From Akkermansia muciniphila ATCC BAA-835 (GTDB taxonomy: Bacteria; Verrucomicrobiota; Verrucomicrobiia; Verrucomicrobiales; Akkermansiaceae), in NCBI RefSeq assembly GCF_000020225.1, contig NC_010655.1:2490001-2522000 (forward strand): a DNA stretch of 32,000 nucleotides, in the 5' to 3' direction. Shown in pieces: positions 27,876 through 32,000 of the stretch. The translations under genes were made by a program, and so were the position numbers. Every line of letters begins with the position of its first letter. Within the stretch, counting starts at the first letter, position 1. Under the pieces are notes generated by a model that ran no database searches, was not told the DNA's origin, and was given only the letters and a program-made list of their open reading frames with translations.

Positions 27876-27995
27876 TTAAAAAATCCGAGGAGTTATAGCA
27901 TCATAACTAGCATCAAAAAGCAACTATTCATATCCCGTCATACCCTGTCACCTAACAAACTATTTATTAATTAACCCTCTAAAAAACAACGAAAA

Positions 27996-28024
27996 AGCCC
28001 GCACTTTCATTGTGCGGGCTTTTT
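27996..28024. terminator. bidirectional hairpin terminator between katE and tRNA-Val(TAC)
   Basis: AGCCCGCAC-TTTCATT-GTGCGGGCT (9-bp stem), flanked by AAAAA on the left and TTTT on the right. It lies 18 nt downstream of the minus-strand tRNA 3' end. Confidence 0.7.
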
Positions 28025-28042
28025 ATTCAAAAAGAAAGCTTT

Positions 28043-28117
28043 TGGTACACGGAGAGGGATTCGAACCCCCGACCAACTGTGTGTAAGACAGCCGCTCTAC
28101 CACTGAGCTATCCGTGC
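28043..28117 (-). tRNA. tRNA-Val (anticodon TAC), CCA encoded
   Basis: The reverse complement folds as acceptor GCACGGA/TCCGTGT, D arm GCTC-AGTGGTA-GAGC, anticodon arm GCTGT-CTTACAC-ACAGT, T arm GGGGG-TTCGAAT-CCCTC, then A plus CCA. Confidence 0.93.
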
Positions 28118-28130
28118 GTGAGGTGGAGGG

Positions 28131-28159
28131 AATATATACCGGGAAAGCAGGACCGGCAA
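28131..28159 (-). promoter_or_regulatory. sigma70-like promoter of tRNA-Val(TAC)
   Basis: On the minus strand, TTGCCG (28159-28154), a 17-nt spacer, then TATATT (28136-28131). The -10 ends 13 nt before the mature 5' end. Confidence 0.45.
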
Positions 28160-28312
28160 GGAGAAAATGAAAAAAATGCGTCCTCATTTCTCTGTTCTCC
28201 ATGCCTGTAAAATCCGGACACCGCAAATTACAGAAAAAGGAAAGAAGGCAGACAAAGATTTCCTGTTCCTTTCCGGGAATATGTTTCCGTATTATTTCCG
28301 AAACCTGTTTCC

Positions 28313-31012
28313 CTACCTGACATCTACGCGCCGGAGCGCGCGGTAATGCAGGATAATGAAGAGGACGCACAATACAGCTTCGGACCAATAGAACATGTCT
28401 AACGCATCCCGACCGGAAGTGAAACCGTAGGAGTGCAGCCCCACTCCCAGCATATTGACGCCCCACCAGGCAAAGGCAATGATAACGCCGCCCACTACAT
28501 TGCTGAAGTGGAGCAGCCAGGAAGACAGCCATCCGGCTTTCCGGGCATGCAATACGGTCAATTGCCACAGTACAATCATCAACGCTCCGTTTTCCTTGGG
28601 ATCCCAGCCCCAGAAGCGCCCCCAGGATTCATTGCCCCAAATCCCCCCAAAAACCGTTCCCACCAGCGTAAACACCAGGGAAAAACACAAGATGCCGTAA
28701 GCCATGCGGTCCAGGGATTGTTCCGTTTTTCCGCCAATCAGGCGCAAGGGGGAAGCCAGCAGGTATATATGGGAGAGCACCGCCGCCAGCAACCCGGCCG
28801 CGTACCCCAGCACAATGGTAATGACATGGGTGGAAAGCAGGAAGTTGGAGCGCAGGATGGCCACCAGGGGATCCATATGGTCCACAGCCTGGGAGGATTC
28901 ATACAAAATACCCATCTGACAGGAGAAAGCCCCAAGCAAAAGCCCGGCCGCCAGTACAATTCCCTTTTTACTGAAAAGTTCCACCACAAGAGCGCAGAGA
29001 ACTCCCATGCAGGCGATAAAGGCGATGGTTTCATACGTGTTGCCCACCGGGGACCTCATGGTGATGAGCACGCGGATGACCAGCGCCGCAACCAGCACTC
29101 CGGCTCCGCCCGCGCCTGTCAGCCACGCCAGGCTGAAACCTCCGGGCCGGAGAAAACGCCGCCAGAGGGGAGCGTTGGCGGCTGGGCGGAAAAGTGCGCA
29201 GAGCAGCAGACACACGAACGCCGCCACAAAAACGGCCAGGGAAACATAAAGCGGATCCAGACGGTAGTAGAAAATTTCTCTTTCCAGGCTGTGCCGCTCT
29301 CCGGCGGAGGCGGCTTCATTGGGTTGCGCCAGCTTTTCCAGCAGCAGTCCTTCCGCTTTCATCCGCAGTGCGGAAGCCTCCGCCCCTGCCATGCCGATAG
29401 CTTTGCGTTCCAGCAGGGACGCCATTGCCAAAAAGGCTCCGGCAGCTTTATCCGGGGAAGCCGTCCACAGGCGTTCTCCATCGCGGCCGGCAGAAGGAAA
29501 CCAGCGTGGGAATTCCATCCGTTCCATGGCGGCAGGGTTTTCCAGCATGATCCGGGAGACAAGCATCCAGCCCCGCATCACATCAAAGTTGCGGGCAAGG
29601 GACAAAATTTCCTTCTGGGCTTCTGTCAGATTAGTTTCTCCCAGCAAACGGATTTCCCGGACGGCACGGGTCATTTCCTCCCAGCGTTCCGCAAGCTGCG
29701 CGTAGGAGTATTTTTTACGCTTGTCTTTCTGGTCCGGCAGGTGCAGGCGCCTGACCACCTCTTCCCGATTGACCAGAAAAACAGGGTATTGTTCCGCCAG
29801 TTCCGGACGGAACATGCAGTCCAGCATCCATTCCACCGGGGAGAGCTTCCTTTTCCCTTCCGGCGTATCAACAACAAAGCTTCTTTTGCCCAGTGTCCGG
29901 AGCAGATGGAAGCCCGCATAAGTAGAAACAGGCTTCAGGCGGCCGCCGTCCTGGACGGCCATGGCCCCGGCCCGCTCCACCAAAAAGGGAGACCAGGGCA
30001 CATAATGTTCCACCAGAACCGGATGGACGTCAGGCCGCGCCGCCAGCATGCCGATGCCGAAGATGGCCGCTACCAGCAGGCAAATGCCAGCCAGGCGCAG
30101 ACGTTTTTTTCCGCCGGGGGCGGAAACGGCCTGCAGTTCATCCGTCGCCGCCGTTCCGGCAGATGCCAGACCGGGTTTGCGGCGCAGGTATCTGCCAAAA
30201 ACACAGGCAAAATGCCACAGCAGCCCTACAGCGATGATGTAGGAGGACCATTTGGGCATTTGCTCCAGGGGATTATGGGAAGCACGGAGAATGGAGATAA
30301 GCCTGCCCGGATGCAGGGAATCCTGGCCCCAGCTCATCTGGTACAGCGTCCAGCCGGAAAGGCGCAGAGGCTCATTCATGCGGATAACGGCGTCATACTG
30401 ACCGCCGGATTCCGGAAAAACGGTTATCTGGGATTCATAGGATTTAGGCTTGGAAGTCCCCGGATAAAACTCCGGCACAAAGCGGTTCAGGCGCAAATCA
30501 AACGGAAGGGAATACTCGTGCACCCGGTCCCCCTGGGGCAGTTCCACCTGTTCCACAGCCACCGTCATTTTGTTGCCCAGCATGATGCCGGCCAGCAGCA
30601 GCAAAATTCCCCCATGAGCCACCAGCACGCCTGCGTGCCTCCAGGTCCACCGGATACGGAATACCCCGCCTATGAGCAGGTTGGCGAACAGCAGGACACA
30701 AGTAATGCCCATGCCGGGCAAAGGCAGGGAAATCAGGGAGTTCTCCCCGCCCAGCGGTATCAGCACATAAGCCGCCCCGAAAAAAGACTCTATGGCAGCC
30801 TCCGACCCCATGGCAGAAGACAACCGCACCTGGTGCAGCGTCCCGGCAAAGGTCAGCACCAGAAGGATCAGCATCAGGGCAATGCCTAAGCCGTAGCTTC
30901 CGGCAAAATTCCAGAGGCTGCGTCCATATTTTTTCCATACCGCATCCGTTCGTTCCCTGTCCATCAGCGTAAGGCGTCCGTAGTCCAAAAAGAGGGCCGA
31001 TTGCACGATCAA
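28313..31012 (-). CDS. ccsBA: fused system II cytochrome c biogenesis protein CcsBA (ResB-like + CcsA/ResC)
   Basis: The C-terminal domain carries the Trp-rich WWD motif WGRFWGWDPKENGAL and multiple TM helices. The N-terminal ~550 aa is ResB-like, with TM helices flanking a large soluble loop. Alternative start at 30964 (MDRERT). Confidence 0.82.
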   Translation of the reverse strand: MIVQSALFLDYGRLTLMDRERTDAVWKKYGRSLWNFAGSYGLGIALMLILLVLTFAGTLHQVRLSSAMGSEAAIESFFGAAYVLIPLGGENSLISLPLPGMGITCVLLFANLLIGGVFRIRWTWRHAGVLVAHGGILLLLAGIMLGNKMTVAVEQVELPQGDRVHEYSLPFDLRLNRFVPEFYPGTSKPKSYESQITVFPESGGQYDAVIRMNEPLRLSGWTLYQMSWGQDSLHPGRLISILRASHNPLEQMPKWSSYIIAVGLLWHFACVFGRYLRRKPGLASAGTAATDELQAVSAPGGKKRLRLAGICLLVAAIFGIGMLAARPDVHPVLVEHYVPWSPFLVERAGAMAVQDGGRLKPVSTYAGFHLLRTLGKRSFVVDTPEGKRKLSPVEWMLDCMFRPELAEQYPVFLVNREEVVRRLHLPDQKDKRKKYSYAQLAERWEEMTRAVREIRLLGETNLTEAQKEILSLARNFDVMRGWMLVSRIMLENPAAMERMEFPRWFPSAGRDGERLWTASPDKAAGAFLAMASLLERKAIGMAGAEASALRMKAEGLLLEKLAQPNEAASAGERHSLEREIFYYRLDPLYVSLAVFVAAFVCLLLCALFRPAANAPLWRRFLRPGGFSLAWLTGAGGAGVLVAALVIRVLITMRSPVGNTYETIAFIACMGVLCALVVELFSKKGIVLAAGLLLGAFSCQMGILYESSQAVDHMDPLVAILRSNFLLSTHVITIVLGYAAGLLAAVLSHIYLLASPLRLIGGKTEQSLDRMAYGILCFSLVFTLVGTVFGGIWGNESWGRFWGWDPKENGALMIVLWQLTVLHARKAGWLSSWLLHFSNVVGGVIIAFAWWGVNMLGVGLHSYGFTSGRDALDMFYWSEAVLCVLFIILHYRALRRVDVR

Positions 31013-31054
31013 CTCGTGAAACCGGCCCCAATCATATTCCTGGAGAAAAGGTTA

Positions 31055-31630
31055 TTAAAAGTTATCCGCCAGTTCTTCAAAGAATGCCTGGGGATGCGCA
31101 CAGGCCGGACATACCTTGGGGGCAGTGGAACCGGTATGTACATAACCGCAGTTGCGGCACTTCCACTGGATTTCCTTTTCCTTGGCAAAAACCCTGCCTT
31201 CGCGCACATTTTCAGCCAGCTTGAGATAGCGGGCTTCATGGTGCTGCTCCACGGAGGCAATCTTGCGGAAAGTTTCCGCAATGGCGGGGAAGCCTTCCCT
31301 GTCCGCTACTTCGGCAAATGCAGGATACATGTCGGACCATTCGTCATGTTCACCGGCGGCGGCGGCCAGCAGACAATCCTCCGTAGATTCCAGGGGAGCC
31401 GTGCAGACGGCGTGCGTTACTTCAATGCAAGCGTCTTTCAGCAATTTGAAAAATACCTTGGCATGTTCCTTCTCATTGTCGGCCGTTTCCAGAAAGATAG
31501 CGGCAATCTGTTCGTAACCGGCCTTCTTGGCTACGCCGGCAAAGTAGGTGTAGCGGTTGCGCGCTTCTGACTCCCCGGCAAAAGCCTTGAGAAGATTCTT
31601 TTCTGTTTCTGTTCCTTTGATGGATTTCAT
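31055..31630 (-). CDS. rbr: rubrerythrin
   Basis: [26 protein letters not shown]...NEKEHAKVF (diiron four-helix bundle) plus the C-terminal rubredoxin-like CRNCGY...CPACAHP. Confidence 0.92.
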   Translation of the reverse strand: MKSIKGTETEKNLLKAFAGESEARNRYTYFAGVAKKAGYEQIAAIFLETADNEKEHAKVFFKLLKDACIEVTHAVCTAPLESTEDCLLAAAAGEHDEWSDMYPAFAEVADREGFPAIAETFRKIASVEQHHEARYLKLAENVREGRVFAKEKEIQWKCRNCGYVHTGSTAPKVCPACAHPQAFFEELADNF

Positions 31631-31931
31631 AAATTAGTCATCTGGTTGCGTAAACGAAAGCATCCTAATAAGACGCCGTGAAAAAACAAGCAAATATTGA
31701 ATGAATCTAAAAAATGTGCATATCCGGAAAAACATACGGCAGTTTCCCCATTTGGGAAAACTGTCGCCATACACGCTTCTGCTGTCCCCCATACGCGCCG
31801 GCAGCAAAACGGCATCCTGGGAAACAGGCAGGAACCCGTACCGCAGCATCAGGCCTAAGCATGAACCGGATCATTTGACACCCCCTGTGCAAACAGTAAA
31901 ATTAAACGAAAAAAAACCTTAAGCTCCACCC

Positions 31932-32000
31932 ATGAATTCCGCCAATACCCCCTTATTGGAAACCGAGAGATTAATACTGAGAAAATTCACGGAAAATGAT
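31932..32000 (+). CDS. GNAT-type N-acetyltransferase (RimJ/RimL-like), N-terminal 23 codons only
   Basis: MNSANTPLLETERLILRKFTEND. The TERLxLR opening is typical of Acetyltransf_3/RimJ-like proteins. The gene runs off the window, so the call is tentative. Confidence 0.4.
   Translation, partial: MNSANTPLLETERLILRKFTEND

Noticed and set aside
28433-30889. 818-aa ORF antisense to ccsBA (and likewise 3133..4284 antisense to the ClC gene, 9445..10677 antisense to dedA and the C_GCAxxG gene, 571..1308 antisense to the NUDIX-like gene)
   Set aside because: All lie opposite genes with clear family motifs, and their translations are compositionally biased (Gly/Arg/His/Gln runs). I treat them as non-coding shadows.

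Overview
This 32-kb window looks like a chromosomal segment from a Verrucomicrobial genome. The PEP-CTERM sorting tails, GC content in the mid-50s by eye and the gene content recall Akkermansia, but that taxon call comes from memory, not a search. All family calls rest on motifs I recognise in the supplied translations; no homology search was run. Most of the window is ordinary housekeeping: a NUDIX-like hydrolase, a PTS-EIIA-like gene coupled to a ClC channel, gdhA, lpxB, a DedA protein, putA, a KhpB/Jag-like protein and a fused CcsBA cytochrome c maturation protein. Oxidative-stress genes are unusually dense: two tandem EncFtn-like mini-ferritins, a periplasmic thioredoxin, a C_GCAxxG_C_C protein, the large-subunit catalase KatE and rubrerythrin. 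Two tRNA-Val genes (GAC at 12.5 kb on +, TAC at 28.1 kb on -) have recognisable promoters and terminators. The accessory part lies between tRNA-Val(GAC) and putA (about 12.6-19.8 kb). It holds an intact but incomplete podovirus-type morphogenesis block: a T7 gp8-like portal, a small Bbp19-like protein, a scaffold-like protein and a T7 gp11-like adaptor. No capsid, terminase, tail or integrase gene is present. After that block come a winged-helix regulator, a small ORF, a four-repeat subtype I-C-like CRISPR mini-array with no cas genes in the window, and an Oac-like membrane acyltransferase. Other points worth a second look are listed here. (1) The EncFtn-like paralogs have a Cys-containing tail, no encapsulin shell gene nearby and a mosaic identity pattern suggesting gene conversion. 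(2) A 13-nt motif is shared upstream of an EncFtn-like gene and rubrerythrin. (3) An IS200-like Y1 transposase domain is fused to a DnaA-C-like HTH with no visible element ends. (4) There is an orphan 29-codon PEP-CTERM stub. The long ORFs antisense to gdhA, putA, ccsBA and the ClC gene are treated as compositional artefacts.
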